Origin: Roseibacillus sp.
GTDB taxonomy: Bacteria; Verrucomicrobiota; Verrucomicrobiia; Verrucomicrobiales; Akkermansiaceae
Length of the DNA stretch: 64,000 nucleotides
Assembly (NCBI GenBank): GCA_965242925.1
Contig: CBDEUM010000004.1
Coordinates: forward strand, 1 to 64,000
Direction: 5' to 3'
The translations under genes and the position numbers were made by a program. A model generated the notes under the pieces. That model did not search any database and was not told the origin of the DNA. It worked only from the letters and a program-made list of their open reading frames with translations. Positions 36,854-46,599 of this stretch are shown here, piece by piece (positions within the stretch are counted from its first letter, which is position 1; each line of letters starts with the position of its first letter).

Positions 36854-37150
36854 GGGGGAGAAAGAACTGTTCCCCGCAGGATCGATCGAATCTAACCGGT
36901 CGCAACATTTAATTAGTACATCCTGAACAATGTGGATCACGGCTCGGCCGTGCCTTTGCCTCCTTAATTACAGGGGAGCGAGGTCCCCCGTCAGCCTCGG
37001 TGGGTGTGGAGAACCCGGGGGAGAACTGCGCTAATAGTTAGGCCCCGACGAGCAAGTCGCTTGAGGACTGCGAACCAAAGTGACCAAGCGATATCTCAAC
37101 TGCCTCAGCAGCGCGAATCCGGACCCGTTTCGATGGCGCGATGCGACTGG

Positions 37151-37630
37151 TCAGGCGTCGCTTTCGGAAGGCGCGTTTTCCCCGGTCTCGATGGTTATGC
37201 TGAGCGTGGCGGTCACATCTGCATGGAGTTTGATTTCCACCTCGCTCTTGCCGGAACGCTTGAGGGGTTTGTCCAGTTTGATGGCCGTGCGCTCGATTTC
37301 GACACCTTTTTCCTCAAGAGCCTTGTGAATGTCCATGCTGGTGATGGACCCGAAAGCCTTACCGCCTTGTCCGGTTTCCAGGGTGAACTTGGGCCGTAGT
37401 CGGCTGATCTTGCCGGCGAGTTCCCGGGCATTTTCAAGTTCCTCGGCCTCGCGTTGTGCACGGTTGGCCTGCAGAGACTCCAGATTACGCAAATTACCCT
37501 TGGTGGCTTCGTAAGCCTTCCCGGTGGGAATGAGGTGGTTGCGGGCGTAGCCTGCCTTCACCTTGACGACATCGGCTTCGACGCCCAGTCCAGTGATCTT
37601 CTCGCGCAGAATGACTTTGGTAGTGGCCAT
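37151..37630 (-). CDS. rplI: 50S ribosomal protein L9
   Basis: VKVKAGYARNHLIP and FGSIT motifs; adjacent to dnaB; start at ATG 37630. Confidence 0.96.
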   Translation of the reverse strand: MATTKVILREKITGLGVEADVVKVKAGYARNHLIPTGKAYEATKGNLRNLESLQANRAQREAEELENARELAGKISRLRPKFTLETGQGGKAFGSITSMDIHKALEEKGVEIERTAIKLDKPLKRSGKSEVEIKLHADVTATLSITIETGENAPSESDA

Positions 37631-37751
37631 GGGAGCTTGGGATGGTTCGGGATGGTCCGTCTTCACCGTGACGGACGGGGCGCCGGAGATAGTTGCGGGG
37701 ACAGGCTCGGTCAAGGAGTTAATCGTTGCGCAGGCCTGTCTGTCAGGGTTT

Positions 37752-38477
37752 TCAGGGGAGTCGCCACTGCCCTTGAAGTCGATCGTAATCAGGCTTGGGC
37801 AACAGGACGTAGAGCGGATTCCGGCCGGGATCGATTCTGGCGATGAGGGTGCGGAGATGGGCTTCGGGCATGGTTGTGCAGCCCGAGGTGGGCTTGGCTC
37901 CGTTCCCCCGCCAGATATGGAAGAAAATGGCAGAGCCCGCTCCTGGAATCGGCTTCGGCAGGGCATTATGGGCAATGAAGAGCTTCAGGGAGTGAGGGTA
38001 ATCCTCCTGCCGCATCTGGGCTCTTATTTCCCATTTTTCCCGCGGTTCGTGTTTGAGAACGAGGTGATGGTTATAATGCGGCGAGGACGGATTCTCGACC
38101 CAGAGGTCACGGGTGGTAATCTGGCGGTAGGGTAGTTTGGGATGTTTCTTGATGGACTTGTGGTAGCCCCAGGCTCCGCCGATCCGAAAAATTCCGGCGG
38201 GTGCCCGCCAATCGCCCTCGGCCTTCCGTGAGGCCTTGGATGGGAGAGGGTGGAGGCCTCGGCCCCAGGCCAGGCCCTTTTTTGCACAACGCCCCCCCCA
38301 GGGTCCCTCCACCTTGTGCCAGATGCCCATTCCGTTTTTCTCATAGAGATAGACTGTGAGGTGAGAGCTCTGCCAGGACTTGGTGATCCCTACCACGACC
38401 TGCGATGAGTCCCGGGGCAATTCAAAGGCAGGGGCAACGAGACTGAGCAGGAGATAGGCGCAGAAGAGGCGGGCCAT
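37752..38477 (-). CDS. Exported L,D-transpeptidase (YkuD-like) family protein
   Basis: KAEGDWRAPAGIF and GSAIFFHIW......TSGC catalytic His/Cys motif. Confidence 0.82.
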   Translation of the reverse strand: MARLFCAYLLLSLVAPAFELPRDSSQVVVGITKSWQSSHLTVYLYEKNGMGIWHKVEGPWGGRCAKKGLAWGRGLHPLPSKASRKAEGDWRAPAGIFRIGGAWGYHKSIKKHPKLPYRQITTRDLWVENPSSPHYNHHLVLKHEPREKWEIRAQMRQEDYPHSLKLFIAHNALPKPIPGAGSAIFFHIWRGNGAKPTSGCTTMPEAHLRTLIARIDPGRNPLYVLLPKPDYDRLQGQWRLP

Positions 38478-38520
38478 GCGTGCAGTGTAAACTACCGGGT
38501 TGCCCGGATACAGCGTTCAG

Positions 38521-39516
38521 TCAGCCGCGCTCCTGGAGGAGAACCTTGAAGGCCTGCCCGGCCCCGTGAGGATCGGTAAGGAAGCGTTCGGCAGGTTGAG
38601 ACGATTTCCCCAGAAACGAACTGCAGTATTCACGTTGGGTGACGAGGCGATGATCGTGGAGGCCGAGGTCTTTTCCCCAGCGGACGAGGTCGTCAAAATT
38701 GACGTCAGCGGTGAGATCCTGCCTCCCGGGAAGTCGATAGAGATTCGCGCCCGTGACACACTCATGATGGTAGTAGCCACGGATGGTTCCGGCGGGTTTG
38801 CGGTGATAAATTTCTTCGGGAGCCCCCCCGTAGTCTATGGTGAGCAGATGTCCTGTCTTCCAGTGGGGGAGCCAGTCTTCCATCCACTGACGGTAACTGG
38901 CGTGGACCTCAAGACATTGTCCGGGTGTCCACGGTTGCCTGAGGAGGGAGGAGTCGGGAAGGCGGCCTGCTGGCAGCCACTGTTCTTCTATCCCGGCTTC
39001 GCTCGCCTCAAGAACCAGTTCCTGCCAGTGGTTGTCTCCTTTTCGAAAAATGCGAACAGGAAAAGCGTCCACCAGTTCGTTGGAAAAGATGAAGGCCGCG
39101 CCACCGGTTGCGCGAAGCGCGCTTTTCATCGTGGTGTGGAATCGCACCGAACGCCCCAGTTGCCTTCGTAGAACGGATCGGATCCGTGGCGCTCTTTCCA
39201 CCAAATGGTAGCGGGGCAGTTTCCTGAACTGTGGGAAGGGAGGCTTGAACTCGCGCCGGAGCGCAGTGGCAAGGTGTCCGGCGCCGGGACCTATCTCGAT
39301 GATGTCCTGCAGGCCGGTGAGGTGAATGGTCCGCGCAATCGCTTTTGCCAGTATTCCCGCCAGCGTGGGGGTGGTGGCGAAATCGCCCCCGGTGCCGATG
39401 GTGCGGACATGACTGCTGTAGTAGCCGTGCTCATGGTCATAAAGACAGAGCTCCATGAACCGGTCGAAGCGGAGGTTGCCGGTAACCTCGAAGTGTGGTT
39501 GGAGCCAGGAATTCAG
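38521..39516 (-). CDS. MidA/NDUFAF7-family SAM-dependent methyltransferase
   Basis: FMELCLY....GYY, GDFAT, EIGPGAG, SNELVDAFP, IDYG and QDLTADVNF motifs; start uncertain (CTG 39516 or ATG 39456). Confidence 0.85.
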   Translation of the reverse strand: MNSWLQPHFEVTGNLRFDRFMELCLYDHEHGYYSSHVRTIGTGGDFATTPTLAGILAKAIARTIHLTGLQDIIEIGPGAGHLATALRREFKPPFPQFRKLPRYHLVERAPRIRSVLRRQLGRSVRFHTTMKSALRATGGAAFIFSNELVDAFPVRIFRKGDNHWQELVLEASEAGIEEQWLPAGRLPDSSLLRQPWTPGQCLEVHASYRQWMEDWLPHWKTGHLLTIDYGGAPEEIYHRKPAGTIRGYYHHECVTGANLYRLPGRQDLTADVNFDDLVRWGKDLGLHDHRLVTQREYCSSFLGKSSQPAERFLTDPHGAGQAFKVLLQERG

Positions 39517-39661
39517 GATGAGGATTCAGGGTGCAGCGTTTAGATCGGTGGCAAGGTGCACGATGGTCGCATCCTGCGGGGGCGGAGGAGTGATCGTTTC
39601 GCGGAAGAGTCTGGCCAGGCAAGGGGGCAGAAGGCCGGCGCCTCCCTTTCCGGAATCAGAG

Positions 39662-41824
39662 TCACTTGCCATGGCTGGCTCGCGCCAGTTGATCACAGGC
39701 CTTGAGGTCGAGCTTGCCGGAGGCCAGGACGGGGATCTCGCTCACGGGAATGATGAACTTTGGACACCAGAGCGAGGGGATCCCCTCGTCCAGCAGTTTG
39801 TATCGCATGTCCATGACTTCCTGCTCGGGGGTCTCACCGGCCACGGCGGAGAGAAGGGCAATCACCTCGCCCTTCTTTTCGTCGGGCAGTCCCACTACTG
39901 CGATCTTCCGTTCTTCCTCGCCGTCGAGGCCGAGGATCTTGTTGAGGTGCCCCTCGATGACTTCATGGGGAACCATTTCTCCTGCGATCTTGGAAAAGCG
40001 GGACATGCGCCCCTCGATGTAGAGGAAGCCGTTCTCGTCGAGACGCCCCACGTCTCCGGTCTTGAACCATCCGTCGATGATGACCTCGTTGGTGAGGTCC
40101 TCGCGGTTCAGGTAACCGGGAAAGACATTGGCCCCACGAAGCCAGATGATGCCGCTTTCGTTAAGGGCACGCCGTTCGTCGGTGTCGGTATCCGTGATCC
40201 TGACCGCGATGCCCGGGAGGAAGGGCCCCACCGAGCCGAGTTTGCTGCCCGGGATGACGGGAGTCCGGTCATCGGGTGCTTCCGCGTCGGGGAGATTGAC
40301 ATTGGTGGCGGGGGAGGTCTCGGTCAAACCGTAGCCCTCGAAGGGGAGCAGGCCGAACTTCTTCTCAAATGAACGGGCAAGGTTGGTGGGAAGTTTTTCA
40401 GCTCCGGTCACCACGAGGTCGAGAGAGGCGAGCAGTTCCGGGTCGACGCGTCTCATGTAGCCCCGGAGGAAGGTGGGAGTGGCAAGTAGAAGATTGAGCT
40501 CGTGCTCATGGATGAGTTCAGCCAGTCGCTTGGTTTCCAGTGGACTGGGATAGGTGACGAGCTTGGCGCCCTCGATGATCGGGAACCAGAGGGTCACGGT
40601 GCAGCCAAAGGAGTGGAAGAGGGGGAGCGATCCCAGGATTCCCGCCTTGGGAGGAAGGGAGAGCCGGGTGCCGAACTGGCAGACGTTGGCGAGCACGTTG
40701 CGGTGGCTGAGGGGAACCCCTTTGGGTTCGCCCGAGGAACCGGAGGTGAAGAGAAGGATCGCCTCGTCGTCCCCACGGCTGCCCTTCTTCAATCCAAGCA
40801 GGCGGGTGAGCAGTGAGGTGGGGAGAATCCTGGAGAGGAGGAACCACTTTTTGATGCTCTTCCCGATGGTGGGCAGAATGCGCTCGATGAGCAGGAGATC
40901 GCGGTTGGGTGGCCACGGGAAGGTGGGCACCTTGCGGACAAAGGGATCAGCGGTGATAAACTTGTCGAGATCACCCTGCTTGATGGCGGACTGGACTGCG
41001 TCCTGGGAGGCAGTGAAGTTCAGGTTGACCGGGATCTTGTTGGCAAAGAGGACGGCGATGTTGGCAAGAAGGCCCCCCTTGCCGGGGGGGAGGATGATTC
41101 CAACCCGCTTCTTGTCGGTGGCATCCCGGATTTCCTTGGACAGGGCGATGGCGGCGGGAAGGAGTTTTGAGTAGGGGAGGAAGCTGTCGTCGGAACCGTC
41201 GTGAATGCAGACCCCCCCGTGCTTCTTCAGGCCGGCCAGGAGATGTTCGGCCAGGGAGTCCTCAAGGAATTGTCGCGAACTGAATGCGATTTCCGAGGCT
41301 CGCAGGAGGCTCTCCTGATAACCCGGCACGGTGATCTCTTCTCCGTCGAGGCGGTCGCCGAGGACGAAGATGGCGGACGGCAGTCGGGAGGGCGATTCAG
41401 TGGCGAGGCGGAGTTCGGCAGGAATCGAAACGGCCACCGGAAGGGTGGGGAGATTCAGGGCGCAAAGGAAGGCAAGGTGCCCGGGGGTGATATGGCAGGC
41501 GGTGCCATGGCGAGCGGCTGCATCGCCCGGGATGAAAACCAGAAGGGCGCCGTCCTCAAGTTTGGGTTGCAGGGCCTCGCCAACGGCAGTGGGGTCAGGA
41601 TCCTCCTGCGAGAAGGTGACAGCCCGCACATCCTCGCGGGCGAGATAATCCTGCGTTTCGGTTTCAACCATGGCTCCTTCCTCGATCAGCCAGGTGACGG
41701 GGCGGACGCCGAGGCGGGAAGCCAGATTGAGAAGTTCACGGTGTGGCAGACGGCCCGGAACGAGCAGGACGCCGTCTGCCGGGAGGTTCTCAAAGCCGAG
41801 GAAAGTGACGGAAGCCGAGGACAT
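39662..41824 (-). CDS. Aas-like AMP-dependent acyl-ACP synthetase with a degenerate N-terminal acyltransferase-like domain
   Basis: LFTSGSSGEPKG, EGYGLTE, WFKTGD, RFSKIAGE and SGKLD motifs; start at ATG 41824. Confidence 0.88.
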   Translation of the reverse strand: MSSASVTFLGFENLPADGVLLVPGRLPHRELLNLASRLGVRPVTWLIEEGAMVETETQDYLAREDVRAVTFSQEDPDPTAVGEALQPKLEDGALLVFIPGDAAARHGTACHITPGHLAFLCALNLPTLPVAVSIPAELRLATESPSRLPSAIFVLGDRLDGEEITVPGYQESLLRASEIAFSSRQFLEDSLAEHLLAGLKKHGGVCIHDGSDDSFLPYSKLLPAAIALSKEIRDATDKKRVGIILPPGKGGLLANIAVLFANKIPVNLNFTASQDAVQSAIKQGDLDKFITADPFVRKVPTFPWPPNRDLLLIERILPTIGKSIKKWFLLSRILPTSLLTRLLGLKKGSRGDDEAILLFTSGSSGEPKGVPLSHRNVLANVCQFGTRLSLPPKAGILGSLPLFHSFGCTVTLWFPIIEGAKLVTYPSPLETKRLAELIHEHELNLLLATPTFLRGYMRRVDPELLASLDLVVTGAEKLPTNLARSFEKKFGLLPFEGYGLTETSPATNVNLPDAEAPDDRTPVIPGSKLGSVGPFLPGIAVRITDTDTDERRALNESGIIWLRGANVFPGYLNREDLTNEVIIDGWFKTGDVGRLDENGFLYIEGRMSRFSKIAGEMVPHEVIEGHLNKILGLDGEEERKIAVVGLPDEKKGEVIALLSAVAGETPEQEVMDMRYKLLDEGIPSLWCPKFIIPVSEIPVLASGKLDLKACDQLARASHGK

Positions 41825-41956
41825 GAAGACAAGGACGACGCTGGCATTGGGGATGCCATATTGAAAGCATGAACGGTTAAGGTCTGGGGACTTACTCACA
41901 GCTGCCCCGGGGAAAGTTCTTCACAGGCCGGGGAGGCGTTGTTAGACCCCGCCGCA

Positions 41957-42241
41957 ATGAGCAGCATCCCATCGCCTGAGGCCCGGGCCCGCTATTGGCG
42001 GAAGAACCTGAGCTGGCTGGGAGGATTGCTGACCGTCTGGTTCATCGTCTCCTACGGATGCGGGATCCTTTTTGTGGACCAGCTCGATAAGATCCGAATT
42101 CCCGGGACCGGCTTCAAGCTGGGCTTCTGGTTTTCGCAGCAGGGAAGCATCTACGTGTTCCTTGTCCTGATCGCGGTGTACGTGTTCGTGATGAACAGGT
42201 TGGACCGGGAGTTGCTGGGTGCAGAGGGAGACGATTTGTAA
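41957..42241 (+). CDS. DUF4212 small membrane partner of the solute symporter
   Basis: YWRKNL and GFWFSQQGSI motifs, two TM segments, immediately upstream of the SSS gene. Confidence 0.85.
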   Translation: MSSIPSPEARARYWRKNLSWLGGLLTVWFIVSYGCGILFVDQLDKIRIPGTGFKLGFWFSQQGSIYVFLVLIAVYVFVMNRLDRELLGAEGDDL

Positions 42242-42245
42242 AGCG

Positions 42246-44018
42246 ATGCTGAACTCACTTATTCTTGCCCAGATGGACCCGGTCCAGTCCTGGACCCTTG
42301 GAATCGCGTTGGTCACCTTCGCGATCTACATCGGAATCGCAATCTGGGCGAAAGCCAAGTCAACCGGGGAATTCTATGTCGCCGGCAAGGGGGTGCCGAG
42401 CGTCGCGAACGGGATGGCGACCGCAGCGGACTGGATGAGCGCGGCCTCCTTTATCTCGATGGCGGGTTTGATTTCCTTCATGGGGCGTGATGGCTCGATG
42501 TATCTCATGGGTTGGACCGGGGGCTACGTGCTCCTCGCGCTCCTCCTCGCCCCCTACCTTCGCCGTTTCGGTAAGTTCACTGTTCCGGACTTCATTGGCG
42601 ATCGCTATTATTCGAACACCGCTCGGATCGTGGCGGTGGCATGCGCGGTCTTCGTGTCGTTCACCTACGTCTGCGGACAGATGCAGGGCGTTGGGATCGT
42701 CTTTTCCCGTTTCCTGAAAGTTGACAAGGAAGCCGGGGTGTTGATCGGAATGGGACTCGTGTTTTTCTATGCGGTGATGGGCGGGATGAAGGGAATCACC
42801 TACACCCAGGTAGCGCAGTACTGTGTCCTGATCTTTGCCTTTACGGTGCCGGCCATTTTCATCGCGATCCAGATGACTGGAAATTTCATTCCGCAAATAG
42901 GCTTCGGTGGGGAGCATCTCGCCAGCGGCGAGTACGTGCTGGACCGGCTCGATGGAGTGAGCACGGAGTTGGGATTCGGTGCCTACACAGAGGGAGTGAA
43001 AGGGAAGCTCGACATCTTTTGTATTACCGCTGCCCTGATGCTGGGGACGGCCGGATTACCACACGTGATTGTCCGATTCTACACCGTCAAGAAAGTGAAG
43101 GCGGCGCGAAGTTCGGCATTCTGGGCACTGCTCTTCATCGCCATTCTCTACACGGTGGCACCGGCGGTTGCAGTCTTCGCCCGCACCAACCTTCTGGAGA
43201 CGATTCCCAACAAGGCTTACGCTTCCCTCCCTCCTGCCGGGGAGGAAGGCGGGTGGTTCAAGAACTGGGAGGAAACAGGATTGATCGCCTTTGATGACAA
43301 GAATGGCGATGGGATTATTCAGTACACGGGCAAGACGGAGAAGAATGCTGCGGATTTCCCGGAGCTTGAGATGAACGAGTTGACGGTGAATCGTGATATC
43401 ATGGTGCTGGCCAATCCTGAAATCGCCAAGCTTCCGAACTGGGTGATTGGGCTTGTGGCGGCGGGTGGTTTGGCGGCGGCACTTTCGACGGCAGCAGGGT
43501 TGTTGCTGGTGATTTCAACCGCGGTGGCGCATGACCTGGTCAAGAAGACGGTCAAGCCGGACCTGAGCGAAAAGCAGGAACTGCTCCTTGCTCGAATTGC
43601 GGCGGGTGGCGCTGTTGTCGTGGCCGGGTATTTCGGGATGAACCCGCCGGACTATGTCGCGGCGGTGGTGGCCTTCGCCTTCGGCCTGGCTGCGTCCTCG
43701 TTCTTCCCGGCCATCATTCTCGGAATTTTCTGGAAGCGAGCGAATCTGCAAGGGGTAGTAACGGGTATGATTGTGGGGCTTCTCTTTACGGCGAGTTACA
43801 TCATCTACTTCAAGTTCATCAATCCGGCCGCCAATAATAAGGAGGACTGGCTCTTCGGGATTTCGCCCGAGGGGATCGGCACCATCGGGATGATCATCAA
43901 TTTTGTGCTCGCGATCGGGATTTCCCTCGCGACCAAACCGCCACCGGCGGAAGTGCAGCATCTCGTCGATCGTGTGCGTTTCCCGCGGAAGGCGTTTGCG
44001 GACGAGGAGAACGAGTAA
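42246..44018 (+). CDS. Sodium:solute symporter (ActP-like cation/acetate symporter)
   Basis: NGMATAADWMSAASF, GTAGLPHVIVRFY and AAALSTAAGLL motifs. Confidence 0.92.
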   Translation: MLNSLILAQMDPVQSWTLGIALVTFAIYIGIAIWAKAKSTGEFYVAGKGVPSVANGMATAADWMSAASFISMAGLISFMGRDGSMYLMGWTGGYVLLALLLAPYLRRFGKFTVPDFIGDRYYSNTARIVAVACAVFVSFTYVCGQMQGVGIVFSRFLKVDKEAGVLIGMGLVFFYAVMGGMKGITYTQVAQYCVLIFAFTVPAIFIAIQMTGNFIPQIGFGGEHLASGEYVLDRLDGVSTELGFGAYTEGVKGKLDIFCITAALMLGTAGLPHVIVRFYTVKKVKAARSSAFWALLFIAILYTVAPAVAVFARTNLLETIPNKAYASLPPAGEEGGWFKNWEETGLIAFDDKNGDGIIQYTGKTEKNAADFPELEMNELTVNRDIMVLANPEIAKLPNWVIGLVAAGGLAAALSTAAGLLLVISTAVAHDLVKKTVKPDLSEKQELLLARIAAGGAVVVAGYFGMNPPDYVAAVVAFAFGLAASSFFPAIILGIFWKRANLQGVVTGMIVGLLFTASYIIYFKFINPAANNKEDWLFGISPEGIGTIGMIINFVLAIGISLATKPPPAEVQHLVDRVRFPRKAFADEENE

Positions 44019-44070
44019 GAAACGGGCGGCAGGGAGTCAGGAGGTCATCAGCGAGTGATGCCTTCTGCTT

Positions 44071-45156
44071 CTACATGGGCGTGCGCAGGTGCTCGATGGC
44101 CTCGATGATGTCTTCCCGGGTGATCTCGTCGGAGACGAAGGCTTCACCCAGGCGTTTCAGGAGGACAAAGCGAATCCGGCCCGAGGTGAACTTCTTGTCG
44201 CGGGCGAGGGCGGCCATGATGGACTCAGTGCTGATGTCCAGATCCAGCAGGAGGGGCAGATGCCACTGCCGATGGATCGCGAGAAGGCGGGTGGTTTCCT
44301 CCCGCGACAGGCCGGCCTTCTTTTCAGAGAGGCAGAGGGCCGCCCGCACACCGAGGGAGATGGCCTCTCCATGGAGGAGGGTGCCATACTCGGCGGTGGA
44401 CTCGATGGCATGTCCGATGGTGTGGCCGAAGTTGAGGAGGGCGCGGGTGCCCGAGGTTTCCCTTTCGTCGGCCTCCACGATACGGGCCTTGATGGCGAGG
44501 TTGTCGGCAATGAGATCGGGGTCGACCTTTCTGTCGTCCGGATCCATGGCCTCGATTTTCTCCAGCATCCCGGCATCCCGGATGGCAGCGTGCTTGATCA
44601 CCTCGGCGAAGCCCTCGTGAAAGACCTGGTCGGGCAGGGTGGCCAGAACGTCCGGGTCCACGAGGACGAGGCGCGGCTGCTGGAAAGTTCCGATCAGGTT
44701 CTTGCCCTCGGGAACGTTCACTCCCGTCTTCCCTCCGACCGAACTGTCGACCTGGGCCACGATGGTGGTGGGAATCTGCACAAAGGGAATGCCCCGGTAG
44801 AAGATGGAGGCCACAAAACCGGCCACATCCCCGACGACCCCGCCACCGAGGGCCACGACAAAGCTGCCGCGGTCGTGATGCTGTTCGATGAGCGAACGGC
44901 AGAGTGACTGCACCTGCTCCATGGACTTGGAGCCTTCCCCGGGAGGGAGGAGGTGGGCGCTGACCTCGAAACCGGCTTCATGGAGGGAGGATTGCACGAT
45001 CTCGCTGTAATGGAGTGCAACGTTGGCGTCAGTGATGAGAGCCACCCGTCCAGTGAGGCCGGTCTCTTTGATGCATTCGCCCGTGCGGTTGATGCTGCCC
45101 GGTTCGACGAGGATGTCGTAGGAACGTTCGGGGAGATTGACGGTGACGGTTGGCAC
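44071..45156 (-). CDS. aroB: 3-dehydroquinate synthase
   Basis: GGGVVGD, QVDSSVGGKT, LNFGHTIGHAIE and HGEA motifs; start at GTG 45156. Confidence 0.96.
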   Translation of the reverse strand: MPTVTVNLPERSYDILVEPGSINRTGECIKETGLTGRVALITDANVALHYSEIVQSSLHEAGFEVSAHLLPPGEGSKSMEQVQSLCRSLIEQHHDRGSFVVALGGGVVGDVAGFVASIFYRGIPFVQIPTTIVAQVDSSVGGKTGVNVPEGKNLIGTFQQPRLVLVDPDVLATLPDQVFHEGFAEVIKHAAIRDAGMLEKIEAMDPDDRKVDPDLIADNLAIKARIVEADERETSGTRALLNFGHTIGHAIESTAEYGTLLHGEAISLGVRAALCLSEKKAGLSREETTRLLAIHRQWHLPLLLDLDISTESIMAALARDKKFTSGRIRFVLLKRLGEAFVSDEITREDIIEAIEHLRTPM

Positions 45157-45211
45157 GACGGAAAATTGGTTGCAGGCGGTTTCTGGACGGGGAGGGTTCG
45201 CTTGGCAAGGA

Positions 45212-45826
45212 CTACGAACGCCGGAGGGCCCGCCAGGCCGACAGATCGGGGTGGAGAAGAAGGTCGAGGGGTTTCTCCGCCAGAGCAAGGGTGCCGATGA
45301 GATGATCGAGGAGGAGGGCGGAGGCGGAGGCATCGTAGAGGGCATCATGCCAGCGGCGTTCCGGGTGGATCTGGTCGAGACGGGGGACCAGGTCGAAGTG
45401 CTGGCACAGGTCGCCGAGAGCGAAGGAGGGCAAGGTGGGCCAGGCCGCCCGGGCCAGGCTCAGGGTGTCGATCCAGGGTCCGAAGGAATGCCCCGGAAAG
45501 GCCCGCAGAAAGCGTTTTTCGGTGCCGTGCCCGTGAGCGACCACCACTCGGTCCGCAAGGAAGCGCCGGATCTCGGGCCAGAGAGAGAGAAGAGATGGCG
45601 CTTCGGCAAGGTCTTCAGCGCTGATGCCGTGAACCTTCCTGGCCGCCCAGGTGATCTTCTGGTCAGTGGAGAGAAAGGAGCAAAGGGAGTCTCCCAGTCC
45701 TTCCTCCGGCGACCAGAGGGCAATACCCACCTGAACAGGCACGTCAGTGCGTCCCCGACTGGCCCCGGCGGACTCGAAGTCAATGACGGCAAATCGCTGG
45801 TCGGCGATGGGAGTGGACGGGTTCAT
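45212..45826 (-). CDS. DnaQ-like (DEDDh) 3'-5' exonuclease
   Basis: VIDFES, VHGIS, WIDTL and HDALYDA motifs. Confidence 0.87.
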   Translation of the reverse strand: MNPSTPIADQRFAVIDFESAGASRGRTDVPVQVGIALWSPEEGLGDSLCSFLSTDQKITWAARKVHGISAEDLAEAPSLLSLWPEIRRFLADRVVVAHGHGTEKRFLRAFPGHSFGPWIDTLSLARAAWPTLPSFALGDLCQHFDLVPRLDQIHPERRWHDALYDASASALLLDHLIGTLALAEKPLDLLLHPDLSAWRALRRS

Positions 45827-45921
45827 GCAGGGAAGTTCCTGGATCGCGGGGTGCTCCAAATTGTCTTTCCTTTTGTAATGGCGCAGGGAGAGAGGAGCGC
45901 TAGAATCCCCTACATCGTATC

Positions 45922-46551
45922 ATGATTGAATCTCTTTTTGGCAATTTGGCGGCGTTGGGGACAAACGGGGTTATTCTCATCGTGTTCGGCGCGATCGTCC
46001 TCCTTCTGGTCTTCTGGTTGATCGGGGGCTACAACGGACTGGTGAGATTGCGCAACCGCTATCGCAACGCCTTTGCCCAGATCGACGTACAACTCAAGCG
46101 GCGCCATGACCTCATTCCGAACCTGGTTGAGACGGCCAAGGGCTACATGAAACACGAGAGTGAGACGCTGGAAGCGGTCATCGAGGCCCGCAATACGGCT
46201 GCCAGCGCGCGGAAGGGACTGAGCCCGGATGATGCCGGCCAGATGAAGGGGTTGATGGCGGCGGAGGCCGGCCTGGGATCGATGCTTGGAAAGTTCTTCG
46301 CCCTTTCGGAGGCCTATCCGGACCTCAAGGCGAACCAGAACATGATGCAGCTCAGTGAGGAGCTCACCAGCACGGAGAACAAGGTGAGTTTCTCACGTCA
46401 GGCCTACAACGATGCCGTCACGCTCTACAACACCCAGACGGAGACCATTCCGACCAATATCATTGCGGGGATGTTCAGTTTCCGGCAGGCGGTCCTCTTT
46501 GAGGTTACCAACGCGGAGGAGCGGGAGCGGGTGGATGTCAGCTTTGACTAG
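45922..46551 (+). CDS. lemA: LemA family protein
   Basis: YNGLV, IDVQLKRRHDLIPNLV, EAYPDLKAN and RQAYND motifs. Confidence 0.95.
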   Translation: MIESLFGNLAALGTNGVILIVFGAIVLLLVFWLIGGYNGLVRLRNRYRNAFAQIDVQLKRRHDLIPNLVETAKGYMKHESETLEAVIEARNTAASARKGLSPDDAGQMKGLMAAEAGLGSMLGKFFALSEAYPDLKANQNMMQLSEELTSTENKVSFSRQAYNDAVTLYNTQTETIPTNIIAGMFSFRQAVLFEVTNAEERERVDVSFD

Positions 46552-46599
46552 GAGCTAGCGGGGCGGACCGTTGAGGGTGGAGTCGAGCGCTCTGTTTCC

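Noticed and set aside
36915..36929. Possible LexA box (AGTAC-N5-GAACA) upstream of dnaB
   Set aside because: Spacing and the left half do not fit the TGTTC-N4-GAACA motif described for Verrucomicrobia
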